Positions 19,296 through 28,881 of a DNA stretch of 64,000 bases are shown piece by piece. The translations under genes and the position numbers were made by a program. This DNA comes from Limnohabitans sp. (GTDB lineage Bacteria; Pseudomonadota; Gammaproteobacteria; Burkholderiales; Burkholderiaceae_C): assembly GCA_044348785.1 (NCBI GenBank), contig JBIKSF010000001.1, forward strand, positions 2,251 through 66,250, written 5' to 3'. The first letter of the stretch is position 1; each line of letters begins with the position of its first letter. The notes beneath the pieces are model-generated. The model saw nothing but the letters and a program-made list of their open reading frames with translations. It ran no database searches and had not been told where the DNA came from.

Positions 19296-20729
19296 ATGAA
19301 ACTGCACTACATCGACAACCAGCACGTCGCGCCCGCATCCGGCCAGGACATCCCGGTCATCGATCCGTCCACCGGCGAACAGTTCGACGCCATTGCCCGA
19401 GGCAATGCGTCTGACATTGACCGTGCAGTGGTCGCGGCCCGTGAAGCCTTCAACGGGGCCTGGGGCAAGCTGAACGCCATGGAACGTGGCCGATTGCTGC
19501 ACCGCCTGTCGCAGCACATGCTGGCGCACATCGACGAGCTGTCTGCCATCGAGTCGCGCGACTGCGGCAAACCCACCACACTGGCACGAGGCGATGTGAC
19601 CGCTGTGGCGCGTTACTTCGAGTTCTATGCCGGTGCGGCCGACAAGCTCATGGGCGAGACCATCCCGTTCTACAACGGCCACACCGTGTTCACCCTGCGT
19701 GAGCCCTTTGGCGTGACGGGCCATGTGATCCCCTGGAACTACCCGCTGCAGATTTTTGGCCGCAGCGTGGCCGCTTCGCTGGCAGTGGGCAACGCCTGTG
19801 TGGTCAAACCAGCCGAAGACGCTTGCCTGTCGATCCTGCGTGTGGCCGAGATGGCCGCCGAAGTCGGCTTTCCGGCGGGGGCGCTCAACATTGTCACGGG
19901 CTATGGCCACGAAGCGGGCGACCTCCTGGTGCGCCACCCGGGCGTGGACCATGTGTCATTCACCGGCTCACCTCGCGTGGGCCAGCTGGTGATCCAGGCC
20001 GCGGCCGAGCACCATGCGCCCGTCACGCTGGAGCTGGGCGGCAAGTCACCGCAGATCATTTTTGGCGACGCCGACATGGACGCCATGACCACGGTGGTGA
20101 CCAACGCCATCGTGCAAAACGCAGGGCAGACCTGCTCGGCGGGCAGCCGCGCCTTGGTGCACCGCCCGGTGTACGAGGCGGTGGTGGAACGCCTGGCCAA
20201 GTCCTTTGCCGCGACCCGCACCGGCCCGGCCGCCATGGACCTCAACTGCGGCCCGCTGATCCGCGAATCGCAGATGCTGCGCGTGCGCAGCTTTGTGGAA
20301 CTCGCCAAAAGCGACGGCCTGCCGATCGCCGCACAAGGCCAGCTGGTGCCCGAAGCGCCCCAAGGCGGCTTCTACCAAGTGCCCACGCTGATCCGCGATG
20401 TGCCCATCGAACACCTCTTGGCACAGGAAGAAATCTTCGGCCCGGTCTTGACCATCTCGCCCTTTGACGACGAAGACCACGCCATCGAATTGGCCAACGG
20501 CACCGAATACGGCTTGGCCGCTGCCCTGTGGACGCAAGACGGCGGTCGCCAGCTGCGCATGGCGCGTCGCTTGCAAAGCGGTCAGGTGTTTGTGAACAAC
20601 TACGGTGCGGGCGGCGGTATTGAGCTGCCCTTTGGCGGCGTCAAGGCCAGCGGCCACGGCCGCGAGAAAGGCTTTGAAGCGCTCTACAGCTTCACCACAC
20701 TCAAGACCATTACCCTCAAACACGGCTGA
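19296..20729 (+). CDS. Aldehyde dehydrogenase family protein
   Basis: IPWNYP, FTGSPRVG, LELGGKSP, NAGQTC, EEIFGP. Confidence 0.93.
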   Translation: MKLHYIDNQHVAPASGQDIPVIDPSTGEQFDAIARGNASDIDRAVVAAREAFNGAWGKLNAMERGRLLHRLSQHMLAHIDELSAIESRDCGKPTTLARGDVTAVARYFEFYAGAADKLMGETIPFYNGHTVFTLREPFGVTGHVIPWNYPLQIFGRSVAASLAVGNACVVKPAEDACLSILRVAEMAAEVGFPAGALNIVTGYGHEAGDLLVRHPGVDHVSFTGSPRVGQLVIQAAAEHHAPVTLELGGKSPQIIFGDADMDAMTTVVTNAIVQNAGQTCSAGSRALVHRPVYEAVVERLAKSFAATRTGPAAMDLNCGPLIRESQMLRVRSFVELAKSDGLPIAAQGQLVPEAPQGGFYQVPTLIRDVPIEHLLAQEEIFGPVLTISPFDDEDHAIELANGTEYGLAAALWTQDGGRQLRMARRLQSGQVFVNNYGAGGGIELPFGGVKASGHGREKGFEALYSFTTLKTITLKHG

Positions 20730-20747
20730 ACGCCGCTGGAGCCGTAC

Positions 20748-21638
20748 ATGCAAAACCCCCGCATTGGCATGATCGGCCTGGGCCTGATGGGCTTGGGCAT
20801 CGCCACCAACATCGTCAAAAAGGGCTTTGCGCTCACGGCCATGGAGCACCCAGGCAACCAGCCGCTGGGTGACTTGATCGCCGCAGGTGCACACACCGCG
20901 CCGACGGCTCAGGCCGTAGCGCAGACGAGCGACATCGTGATCCTGTGCGTCAATGGCTCGGCCCAGGTCGAGGCCATTTTGGCCGGCGACACCGGCTTGC
21001 TGATGGGCCTGCGCGAAGGCATGACGGTGATCGACTGCTCGACCAGCATCCCGGCGTCCACTCAGCAAGTGGCAGCCAAGCTGGCGCAGCGTGGTGTGCG
21101 CTTCATGGACGCGGCCATGACCCGCACCCCCAACGAAGCGATGCAGGGCCGCCTGAACCTGCTCGTCGGCGGCGATGCGGCCTTGCTAGAAGAGTGCCGT
21201 CCGCTGTTGTCCACCTTCGCCGAAAACATCGTGCATGCGGGCGCAGTGAGCGCAGGCCACAGCATGAAGCTGCTGCACAACTTTGTCTCGCTCGGCTCGG
21301 TCACGCTGCTGGCCGAAGCGGCGGCGTGTGCGCGCCGCTCGGGCATTGACGATGCGGTGTTTGTCGAGGTGCTGGAAAAAGGCGGCGGCTGGGGCGCTGC
21401 GCTGGAACGCCTCAAGCCCTATTTGTTGCGCGGCGAAACCTCTGGCTTGCGTTTTTCGATGGGCAATGCCCTCAAAGATCTGGGCTATTACGCCGACATG
21501 GCGCGCGAAACCGGTTCGCACGACGCAGCGGCCACGGCCATGCAAAACACGCTGGCCGCGGCCTGCCAGACAGTCGATCCGCAGACCTTGCTGCCGGAGT
21601 TGGTGGGGCAGCTGGCCAAGGGCGCGCTCAAGGCCTGA
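20748..21638 (+). CDS. Beta-hydroxyacid dehydrogenase (3-hydroxyisobutyrate dehydrogenase family)
   Basis: IGLGLMG, DCSTS, KLLHN. Confidence 0.88.
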   Translation: MQNPRIGMIGLGLMGLGIATNIVKKGFALTAMEHPGNQPLGDLIAAGAHTAPTAQAVAQTSDIVILCVNGSAQVEAILAGDTGLLMGLREGMTVIDCSTSIPASTQQVAAKLAQRGVRFMDAAMTRTPNEAMQGRLNLLVGGDAALLEECRPLLSTFAENIVHAGAVSAGHSMKLLHNFVSLGSVTLLAEAAACARRSGIDDAVFVEVLEKGGGWGAALERLKPYLLRGETSGLRFSMGNALKDLGYYADMARETGSHDAAATAMQNTLAAACQTVDPQTLLPELVGQLAKGALKA

Positions 21639-21682
21639 TGGGCGTGCCTCCCCCATAACCCCACTTGTTGTCACCCTTCTCC

Positions 21683-22468
21683 ATGTCTTCACCCCGCTCC
21701 GTTTTGTTTGTGCCCCACGGCTCACCCATGTTTGCCTTGCACCCCGGTGCGGCGGGCGCGGCCATGACGGAGCTGGCAGCGCGCTTGGGCAAGCCCCGCG
21801 CCATCGTGGTGGTCAGCCCGCACTGGGAAACGGCCGTACCCACGGTGGGCTTTGCCATCCGGCCAGAAACCATCCACGATTTTGGTGGCTTTGACCCGCG
21901 CCTGTACGAGATGCAGTACCCCGCCACAGGCTGCCCCGAAGTGGCGGCGCAGGTGGTCAACGCCCTGCAAAATGCCGGCCTGTCCGTGGCACAAGACGCC
22001 GAGCGAGGCCTGGACCACGGTGCCTGGACTCCGCTGCGACAGATGTTCCCCGATGCCGATGTACCGGTGGTGCCGCTGTCGGTGCAAAGCCACCTGGGTC
22101 CGGAGCACGCTTACCGCGTCGGTCGAGCGCTTGCCGGTTTGGCGCAGCATGGTATTTTGGTGGTGGCCTCGGGCAACATCACGCACAACCTGAGCGACTT
22201 CATGATGGTGCGCATGCAAGGCGGCGCCACCCCCTCCTATGTGCAGGCCTTTGCCGACTGGGTCTACGCCCACATGACGGCGCACGACGTGCCCGGCTTG
22301 ATGGCTTACCGACAGCAAAGTGCTGGACAGCGCGCTCACCCGACGGACGAGCACCTGCTGCCCTTGTTCACCGCTTTGGGCGCTGCGGGTGCCGATGCAC
22401 AAGCCAAAGCGTTTTTTCGGGGCATCAGCGACCACGTCATCGCGATGGATGGCTACACTTTTCATTGA
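21683..22468 (+). CDS. LigB-family extradiol dioxygenase (DODA/YgiD-like)
   Basis: HGSPM, SPHW, TIHDFGGF, GLDHGAW, SGNITHNL, AHPTDEHLLPL. Confidence 0.9.
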   Translation: MSSPRSVLFVPHGSPMFALHPGAAGAAMTELAARLGKPRAIVVVSPHWETAVPTVGFAIRPETIHDFGGFDPRLYEMQYPATGCPEVAAQVVNALQNAGLSVAQDAERGLDHGAWTPLRQMFPDADVPVVPLSVQSHLGPEHAYRVGRALAGLAQHGILVVASGNITHNLSDFMMVRMQGGATPSYVQAFADWVYAHMTAHDVPGLMAYRQQSAGQRAHPTDEHLLPLFTALGAAGADAQAKAFFRGISDHVIAMDGYTFH

Positions 22469-22608
22469 CTTGGCTTCGGTCACCCGTCTGTGTGGTCAGG
22501 GCTGAAGGCCCTTGCAAGGACGTGTTTAGCTGCGACTGCAGTGCACAGAATAAAGCCGATCTGTGGCTTACCTGATCCAGCGCAAACCCTCAAGCGCCGG
22601 AAGCACCC

Positions 22609-23373
22609 ATGATCAAAGCATTGTTCATGACCACCTTGACCACCTCCCACCCTGAACCTAGCGCGGCAAGCGGCCCAACCGTCACGCCAACCCCACCCGT
22701 CACACCGGTAGCACCCCAAGGCCCAGGCCGCCTCGTGACCGACGCGCCCATGCGCATGTTCCATTGGCTGTTTGCCCTGAGCTTTGTGGGGGCCTACATC
22801 AGCGCCGACAGCGAACACTGGCGGCTGGTGCATGTGGTGTTGGGTTACACCTTGGCGGGCTTGCTGGCTTTTCGGATCGTTTATGGTTTTGTGGGTCCCA
22901 GACCGGCCAGGTTCAGCACGATGTGGCGCAAAGTCAGTGGGGCCAAAGCCTGGTTGAAAACCCTTCAAACCGCGTGGAGACCTGACGGCAACTTTCAAGC
23001 GGTGGCATGGAGACAAGCCCCCGTTTTGTTGATGGCCATGTCCTTGCTGGCCTTGCTGGCGGTGGTGCTGCCGCTGACCCTGAGCGGTTACGGCACCTTC
23101 CACGAGTGGGGTGGCGATCTGGGTGTCAAAGTGTTCGAGTCTTTGCACGAATTTTTTGGCAATACTGCTTTGAGCTTGGTGCTGGTGCATCTGGCATTGC
23201 TGGCCGGTCAAAGCTATTGGCGTCAAAAAAACTTGGCGCTGCCCATGCTCACGGGTCGCCTCGAGGGCCGGGGCCCCGACCTGATCGCACACAACCGGGT
23301 GTGGTTGGCGATCTTGCTGCTCTTGTGTGTGCTGGCCTACATCGCGTGGGAGATTTACAGCGCTGGGTTGTGA
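22609..23373 (+). CDS. Cytochrome b/b6-domain membrane protein (Ni/Fe-hydrogenase cyt b-like)
   Basis: RMFHW, LVHVVLGY, SLHEFF, LVHL heme His residues in four TM helices; KNLALPMLTG. Confidence 0.85.
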   Translation: MIKALFMTTLTTSHPEPSAASGPTVTPTPPVTPVAPQGPGRLVTDAPMRMFHWLFALSFVGAYISADSEHWRLVHVVLGYTLAGLLAFRIVYGFVGPRPARFSTMWRKVSGAKAWLKTLQTAWRPDGNFQAVAWRQAPVLLMAMSLLALLAVVLPLTLSGYGTFHEWGGDLGVKVFESLHEFFGNTALSLVLVHLALLAGQSYWRQKNLALPMLTGRLEGRGPDLIAHNRVWLAILLLLCVLAYIAWEIYSAGL

Positions 23374-23529
23374 CAAGCAGGTATAGCCCGGTATAGAGAC
23401 CTCTACCCAAAGACAGATGGTGTTGTCTGCGGGATTTTTTTAGCATGGAGCCACACTGTTTCCCGTTGCAAGACGGGGGCCAGTGTGCAGCGTGGCTCCC
23501 CACGTCATCACCTCACTTCGGAGAATTTC

Positions 23530-23973
23530 ATGCCCGTATTCAAAAAAATCCTCGTTCCCGTGGACGGCAGCGCCACTTCCAACAAAGCCTTGGACTTTGC
23601 TTTGCGGATGGCACAAGACGATCTGGCCAGTGTTCGCTTGCTCCACTGCATTGACGAGACGTCATTCCTTGACGCCTATGAGTACTCCAGTGAATTGATC
23701 AAACAAGCGCGTCAGGCGGGACAAAAAATCTTGCAAGACAGTTTGGTGGCCGCGCAAAAGCTGGGGGTGAATGCCGACACCTTGCTGCTCGAGCGCGCAG
23801 GCCAGCGTCTTGGACATTCAGTGGCCGACGCTGTCGGTGACTGGGGTGCGGATCTGGTGGTGGTGGGCAGCCATGGCCGCCGGGGCCTTGGCCGCTTGCT
23901 GCTGGGCAGTGGTTCAGAGCAGATTTTGCGCGACAGTCCTGTGCCCGTGTTGTTGGTCAGGGGCTTTGAATGA
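23530..23973 (+). CDS. Universal stress protein (UspA family)
   Basis: FKKILVPVDGS, DLVVVGSHGRRGLGRLLLGS, PVPVLLV. Confidence 0.93.
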   Translation: MPVFKKILVPVDGSATSNKALDFALRMAQDDLASVRLLHCIDETSFLDAYEYSSELIKQARQAGQKILQDSLVAAQKLGVNADTLLLERAGQRLGHSVADAVGDWGADLVVVGSHGRRGLGRLLLGSGSEQILRDSPVPVLLVRGFE

Positions 23974-23996
23974 GCGGGCTGTTCACAGCCCGCTCA
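23971..23996. terminator. Hairpin between convergent genes
   Basis: TGAGCGGGCTGT-TC-ACAGCCCGCTCA perfect 12-bp inverted repeat, no U-tract. Confidence 0.55.
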
Positions 23997-24006
23997 ACCA
24001 TGGACC

Positions 24007-24975
24007 TCAGTCGATCTTCGCGCCTGAAGCCTTGACCACTTGCGCCATGCGCACGTAGTCAGCGGCCAGCAGTTTGCCGAAATCGGCGTTGCTCAGGTCC
24101 CGAGGCTCAATGCCTTGCTTGTCCAGGCGCTCCAGGATCACCGGGTCCTTGAGCAGCTTGCTCACGGCCGCATGAATGCGGTTGGCCTGTTCGGCGGGCA
24201 CGGCAGACGGACCCAGCAAACCAAACCACGAATCGAACTGGTAGCCCGGCAAGCCGCTTTCGGCAATCGTTGGCAGGTCGGGCAAATATTTGCTGCGCTT
24301 GGGCGAAGTCACGCCCAGCAAGCGGATGCGGCTGTCTTTGGCAAAGGCCAAAGCCCCAATGCTGGCGGCAATCACCGCTTGGGCACGGCCAGAAATGACT
24401 TCGTTGATCGCTTCGCCTGTGGCTTTGAGCGGAACATGCACGACATCAATCCCTGCCAAGCCGTTGAAGTAAGCCATGGACAGATGCGTGGCGCTGCCCA
24501 CGCCCGCCGTGGCGTAGTTCATCTTGCCGGGATTGGCCTTGGCGTAGCGGATGTATTCAGCAGCCGTCTTGGCCGGCACGTCGGGGTGCACCATGAGCAC
24601 GTAGCTGGCGCTGCCGATGTGGCCCAAGGGCGCAAAGTCTTTTTGCGGGTCGTAGCTCAGCTTGGTGTAGAGCGAGCCCGCAATGTTGTGGCTGGCCGCG
24701 GCCATGACCATGACCGAGCCATCGGCTTCGGCTCGAGCGACAAAAGCGTTGCCAATGGTGCCACCCGCACCGGCACGGTTTTCCACGATCACGGTTTGAC
24801 CCAGAGCAGCCCCCATCTCGACCGAAAACGAGCGAGCCAGAATGTCTTGCACACCACCGGGTGCAAAAGGCACCACGATGCGCACCGGTTTGCCCGATTG
24901 CGCTTGGGCCATGCCCACCGCCGACAGCAAAGCTGTGCCCAAAGTGGCCGTCAAAATTTCACGCCGTTGCATCAT
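24007..24975 (-). CDS. Bug/TctC substrate-binding protein
   Basis: KPVRIVVPFAPGG, ENRAGAGG, PDLPTIAESG. Confidence 0.92.
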   Translation of the reverse strand: MMQRREILTATLGTALLSAVGMAQAQSGKPVRIVVPFAPGGVQDILARSFSVEMGAALGQTVIVENRAGAGGTIGNAFVARAEADGSVMVMAAASHNIAGSLYTKLSYDPQKDFAPLGHIGSASYVLMVHPDVPAKTAAEYIRYAKANPGKMNYATAGVGSATHLSMAYFNGLAGIDVVHVPLKATGEAINEVISGRAQAVIAASIGALAFAKDSRIRLLGVTSPKRSKYLPDLPTIAESGLPGYQFDSWFGLLGPSAVPAEQANRIHAAVSKLLKDPVILERLDKQGIEPRDLSNADFGKLLAADYVRMAQVVKASGAKID

Positions 24976-25014
24976 GAGAGTTTCCTTGTGATGGGTTCAA
25001 ACCGTTTTAAAAAA

Positions 25015-26235
25015 TCAGGCCACGCACACCCGGTCGGCCAGGCGGCGCATGAAGCGCTCGCACCAAGCCAACTGGTCCAACGTGACCCATTCGTTGGGCT
25101 GGTGGGCCTGCGCGATGTGGCCGGGGCCGCACACGATGGTGGGCACACCCGCCTGGTGAAACAGCGCGGCTTCCGTGCCAAAGGACACCTTGCCCGCGCC
25201 GCTGGCCGGGTTGACATCTGCGCAGTCAAAACACAGCTGCGCGATCTCGCTGTCAGCGGCCGTGGCAAAACCGGGCAACACCGATTTGAGTTCGTGCGTG
25301 ATGCCGGTGTCCGGGGCCACCGCCTGCATGGCGGGCACCAAACTCTCGCCAAAGGCTTGGGCTCGCGCAAACAAGTCTTCGGGCGTGTTCATGTGGTGGT
25401 GGCGGATTTCCCAGGTCACTTCGCACTGACGCGGAATGATATTGAGCGCGGTGCCGCCAGCGATCACGCCGGTGTGGATGGTGGTGTGGGGCACGTCGTA
25501 AATCGGGTCAAACGGGCCGTTTTGCACCAACTCGCGGTGCATGCTTTTGAGCTTGGCGACAAACTCGCAAGCGATCTCAACCGCGTTCACACCCAGCGGC
25601 GTGAGTGAGGAATGCGCCTCAAAACCCTGCACCGTGGTTTTGTACGAATGTTTGCCCTTGTGGGCAATGACCACCTGCATGCCCGTGGGCTCGCCGACGA
25701 TGCAGCCCGCAGGCTTGAAGCCCTGGGCCTGCATGTCGGCGATCATGCGGCGCACGCCAATGCAGCCGACTTCTTCGTCGTAGCTGAAGGCCAGATGGAT
25801 CGGGCGCTTGAGTTTGCGCTTGAGCAACTCGGGCACCATCATCAAACAGATGGCGCCAAAACTCTTCATGTCGGTCACGCCCCGGCCGTACATCTTGTCG
25901 CCTTGGATCACGACCTTGAACGGGTCGGTGTCCCAGGGCTGGCCGTCTACCGGCACCACATCGGTGTGGCCCGAGAGCACCAAGCCGCCGATTTTGGTTT
26001 CGCCATCGTGTGCGGGCAGCGTGGCCCATAGGTTGGCTTTTTGGCCGCTGTCGTCATACGTGCGGCTGCAGGCAATGCCCAAGTCCTTGAGGTAAGCCTC
26101 GGTCCAATCCAGCAAAGCCAGATTGCTGTCACGCGAGACGGTGGCAAAGGCGATCCATTTTTCGATCAAGGGCAAAGCGGCCAAGTCTGAGGCTTGCACC
26201 GAGGACAGGGCGGCTTGAGGAAGCGGGGCGTTCAT
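25015..26235 (-). CDS. argE: Acetylornithine deacetylase (M20A)
   Basis: LSGHTDVVP, GRGVTDMK, YDEEVGC, VGEPT, AHQPNE. Confidence 0.85.
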   Translation of the reverse strand: MNAPLPQAALSSVQASDLAALPLIEKWIAFATVSRDSNLALLDWTEAYLKDLGIACSRTYDDSGQKANLWATLPAHDGETKIGGLVLSGHTDVVPVDGQPWDTDPFKVVIQGDKMYGRGVTDMKSFGAICLMMVPELLKRKLKRPIHLAFSYDEEVGCIGVRRMIADMQAQGFKPAGCIVGEPTGMQVVIAHKGKHSYKTTVQGFEAHSSLTPLGVNAVEIACEFVAKLKSMHRELVQNGPFDPIYDVPHTTIHTGVIAGGTALNIIPRQCEVTWEIRHHHMNTPEDLFARAQAFGESLVPAMQAVAPDTGITHELKSVLPGFATAADSEIAQLCFDCADVNPASGAGKVSFGTEAALFHQAGVPTIVCGPGHIAQAHQPNEWVTLDQLAWCERFMRRLADRVCVA

Positions 26236-26342
26236 GGGAGGCTCCAAGTCAAAGAAAAGGCAGCAAGAGAGCGTAAACGCTCACGCGTTCAATGCGCTGA
26301 GCCCAGAGTGACAGCACTCCACCCTCAAGCCTAAGGCTGCAT

Positions 26343-27365
26343 TCATTTGTCCAGTTCGGCGATGCGGGATGTGTATGCACCGATAAGGCATGCTTTGTCG
26401 GAGCAAGACCGCTGGGTGTTTTTGAGCCACTGCTTTTGCTCGGCCTTCAGGGCATTTGCGTCTGTTGATTTTTGACGCGCATCAGCGTAAGCCCCTGCCA
26501 TTTGGACGTCGAGTTTTGACAGCTCACGGTCACCACAAATCATGCGCTCCTGCGATGAGCTGGCTTTCGCGCAATCAAAACTGGGGGCAAATGGGTTGTT
26601 GTCCACACTGGCGGGTGCCACTGCGATGGGTGCCTCGGTTTTGGGTGCGGGCGCGGGTGCGTCTGTTTTGACCGGGCTTGAAACCTGTGCAGCAGGCGCG
26701 GCATCACTTTTGAAAACCCCCAAGATGGCATTCAGTATTTTCTTGAAAAACGAAACGATGCTGTCAAGCCACGAAGTTTCTTTTTGAATGACGGCATAAA
26801 ATTTTTGCGGGTTTTTAAATGCCACCGACATGGGCAATGACCATGTCACGCTTTTGCCGTCTTCTGCAATTTTTCCGTTTGATTCGATCACCTTCGGCGC
26901 ACTGACCGACCACGAAACGTTTCGCCCGGCCAGCATGGCCTCCAACATGCCCTCCATGCCAGAAGCCCCTGTGTTTTTGCCTTGGAAATCGATGGTGCTT
27001 TCGATGCGGTATTTGTTGCCATCGACTTCGGTGATCCGAACCATTTCGGATTTGTTTTTATCGCCGCTGGAAAAGTTCTTGAACTTGTCGACATGCCCTT
27101 GAGCGGTGATGGCGCAAATGATATTGCCGCCGTCAGCAGACTCTTTCACGTCGACCACAATGCCTTCATTTTGGCTCGACCCAAAATCACTGCAAAACCC
27201 GCCTTGCTTTTTGTCTGCAAAGGCGGCAATTTTGGCGTCCACCTTCAATTCAGCTTTGTAAGTCAACTGGTCTTTCACCAGTGTGATGTTCTGATCCAAG
27301 TCGAGGCAGCCCGCCAAAATGAAAGTCGAGCAAAAAAGTGTTAACCATTGAAGTTGTTTTTTCAT
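26343..27365 (-). CDS. Lipoprotein with LppM-like N-domain, Pro/Ala linker and LprI (DUF1311) lysozyme-inhibitor-like C-domain
   Basis: LAGC lipobox; PKVIESNG..KSVTW; PSFDCAKA..ERMIC..LKAEQKQWL..C...CL..AY..RI..L; visibly lower GC than the flanks. Confidence 0.75.
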   Translation of the reverse strand: MKKQLQWLTLFCSTFILAGCLDLDQNITLVKDQLTYKAELKVDAKIAAFADKKQGGFCSDFGSSQNEGIVVDVKESADGGNIICAITAQGHVDKFKNFSSGDKNKSEMVRITEVDGNKYRIESTIDFQGKNTGASGMEGMLEAMLAGRNVSWSVSAPKVIESNGKIAEDGKSVTWSLPMSVAFKNPQKFYAVIQKETSWLDSIVSFFKKILNAILGVFKSDAAPAAQVSSPVKTDAPAPAPKTEAPIAVAPASVDNNPFAPSFDCAKASSSQERMICGDRELSKLDVQMAGAYADARQKSTDANALKAEQKQWLKNTQRSCSDKACLIGAYTSRIAELDK

Positions 27366-27557
27366 CTGACCGCTCCTGAATAAAAATTGATTTTATAAGC
27401 TTGTTTTTGTCTGTACGAACAGAACCATCACCTGAAACTCAAGGCCACCGACAGTGTCGCCTGCATCACCAGATCGCTGGGGGTCACTTTGCCGACATCG
27501 GCCGCCGGTCACTGCCTCTAAAGTGAATGCGTCATCCACCTCAACTCTGGAGTTTCC

Positions 27558-27875
27558 ATGGCCATTTACGAGCTGCGCACCTATTCCGTGATCGTCGGAA
27601 AAATGTCCGAAGTCATCTCACACTACAAAAACGAAGGCTGGCCGGCGTTGGCCAAGCACCCGCAAAAACTGGTGGGCTATTTCACGGGCGATGTAGGGGC
27701 GATCAATGAGCTGATCCATGTTTGGAAGTTCGATGATGACGCCGACCGCCGCGCCTTTTGGGCGGGGGTGTTTGCCGACCCCGAGTTCATGGCCTTTGCC
27801 GCCAAGATACGCCCGTTGATGCGCGAGCAAAACAACAAGCTCATGCTGTCCGCCCCTTGGGGTCCGCAGCCCTGA
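27558..27875 (+). CDS. NIPSNAP family protein
   Basis: IYELRTY, GAINELIHVWKF..ADRRAF. Confidence 0.9.
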   Translation: MAIYELRTYSVIVGKMSEVISHYKNEGWPALAKHPQKLVGYFTGDVGAINELIHVWKFDDDADRRAFWAGVFADPEFMAFAAKIRPLMREQNNKLMLSAPWGPQP

Positions 27876-27915
27876 GCTTGGTGGGGCGGCCAGAAGGACT
27901 GCTCTGGTTCAGGCC

Positions 27916-28635
27916 TTACTGAACCAGGTAACCCCCATCCACGGGCAAGATCACACCCGTGACAAAGCGGGCAGCGGCACTGGCCAAAAACAGCACGGGG
28001 TCGGCCACGTCTTCGGGCTGACCCCAGCGCCCCATAGGCGTGCGACCCACGATCTGGGCGCTGCGTGTGGGGTCGTCTTGCAGCGCCTGCGTCAAGGGCG
28101 TGGCGATCCAGCCCGGGGCCACCGCGTTCACCCGAATGCCGTCGACGGCATAGGCGATGGCCAGTGACTTGGTCAACTGCGCCACGCCGCCTTTGCTCGC
28201 GCTGTAGCCCGGGGTCGGGCCACTGCCAAAAAAGCTCAGCATCGAGGCGGTGTTGACGATGCAACCTTGGCGGGCTTTCAGGCCTGCACGCGCCGCGGCG
28301 CAAGCGCGCATCGTCCCGTTGAGGTTGATGTCCACGGTTTTGATGAACACCTCTGGGTCATGCTCGACGCCGCGCTGAACGATGCCCGCACAATTGACCA
28401 ACACATCCAGTTCTGTGAATTCGCCCAGACTCTTTTGCACCTGTTCGTTTTGCCGCACATCCAGCACTTGGTAGGCGATCAGGCGGTTGGCCGGCAAAGC
28501 TTGCGCCGCCTCGACCTCGGCCAACGTGGCCCCTGTGGCCGTCACATGGGCGCCCGTTGCGGCAAAGGCCCGGGCAATGGCAGCGCCAATGCCGCTGGTG
28601 CCGCCGGTGATGAAAACTTGTTTGACCTTGTCCAT
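27916..28635 (-). CDS. SDR oxidoreductase (KduD/sugar-acid dehydrogenase-like)
   Basis: TGGTSGIG, YSASKG, NAVAPGWI, VDGGY. Confidence 0.88.
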   Translation of the reverse strand: MDKVKQVFITGGTSGIGAAIARAFAATGAHVTATGATLAEVEAAQALPANRLIAYQVLDVRQNEQVQKSLGEFTELDVLVNCAGIVQRGVEHDPEVFIKTVDINLNGTMRACAAARAGLKARQGCIVNTASMLSFFGSGPTPGYSASKGGVAQLTKSLAIAYAVDGIRVNAVAPGWIATPLTQALQDDPTRSAQIVGRTPMGRWGQPEDVADPVLFLASAAARFVTGVILPVDGGYLVQ

Positions 28636-28752
28636 GCCATGTCTCACTTTCTGGGTTTTTGAAAAGTTAGCTTACAAGCGCAAGCAGGGTTTGCGCTGTC
28701 ACCCAAGGGCGTGGATGGGGCAGGTTGGGCGGTGGGTTGGCGGTGGAGACAT

Positions 28753-28777
28753 GGATTCCCGCATGCGCGGGAATGAC
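28753..28777. repeat. CGTC-family / dRS3-like REP palindrome
   Basis: GGATTCCCGCATGCGCGGGAATGAC fits ATTCCC-N8-GGGAAT. Confidence 0.7.
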
Positions 28778-28842
28778 AAGAAGGGGCATGACGGCTGCGA
28801 CAGGGCTCCCCGTGTTCTCCCTGATGCTGGGGTCTTGCAAAA

Positions 28843-28860
28843 TTTGTATGATGACCTGAT
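28843..28860. promoter_or_regulatory. Putative GntR operator upstream of the tetronate operon
   Basis: TTTGTATGATGACCTGAT, 14/18 identical to 7397-7414. Confidence 0.45.
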
Positions 28861-28881
28861 TAATTTGAATCAGGAGTCCCC

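Noticed and set aside
24040-25608. Long antisense ORFs (also 50545-52197, 30559-31935, 53054-54382, 14872-16155)
   Set aside because: Shadow frames of well-supported genes in GC-rich DNA, with no recognisable motifs.
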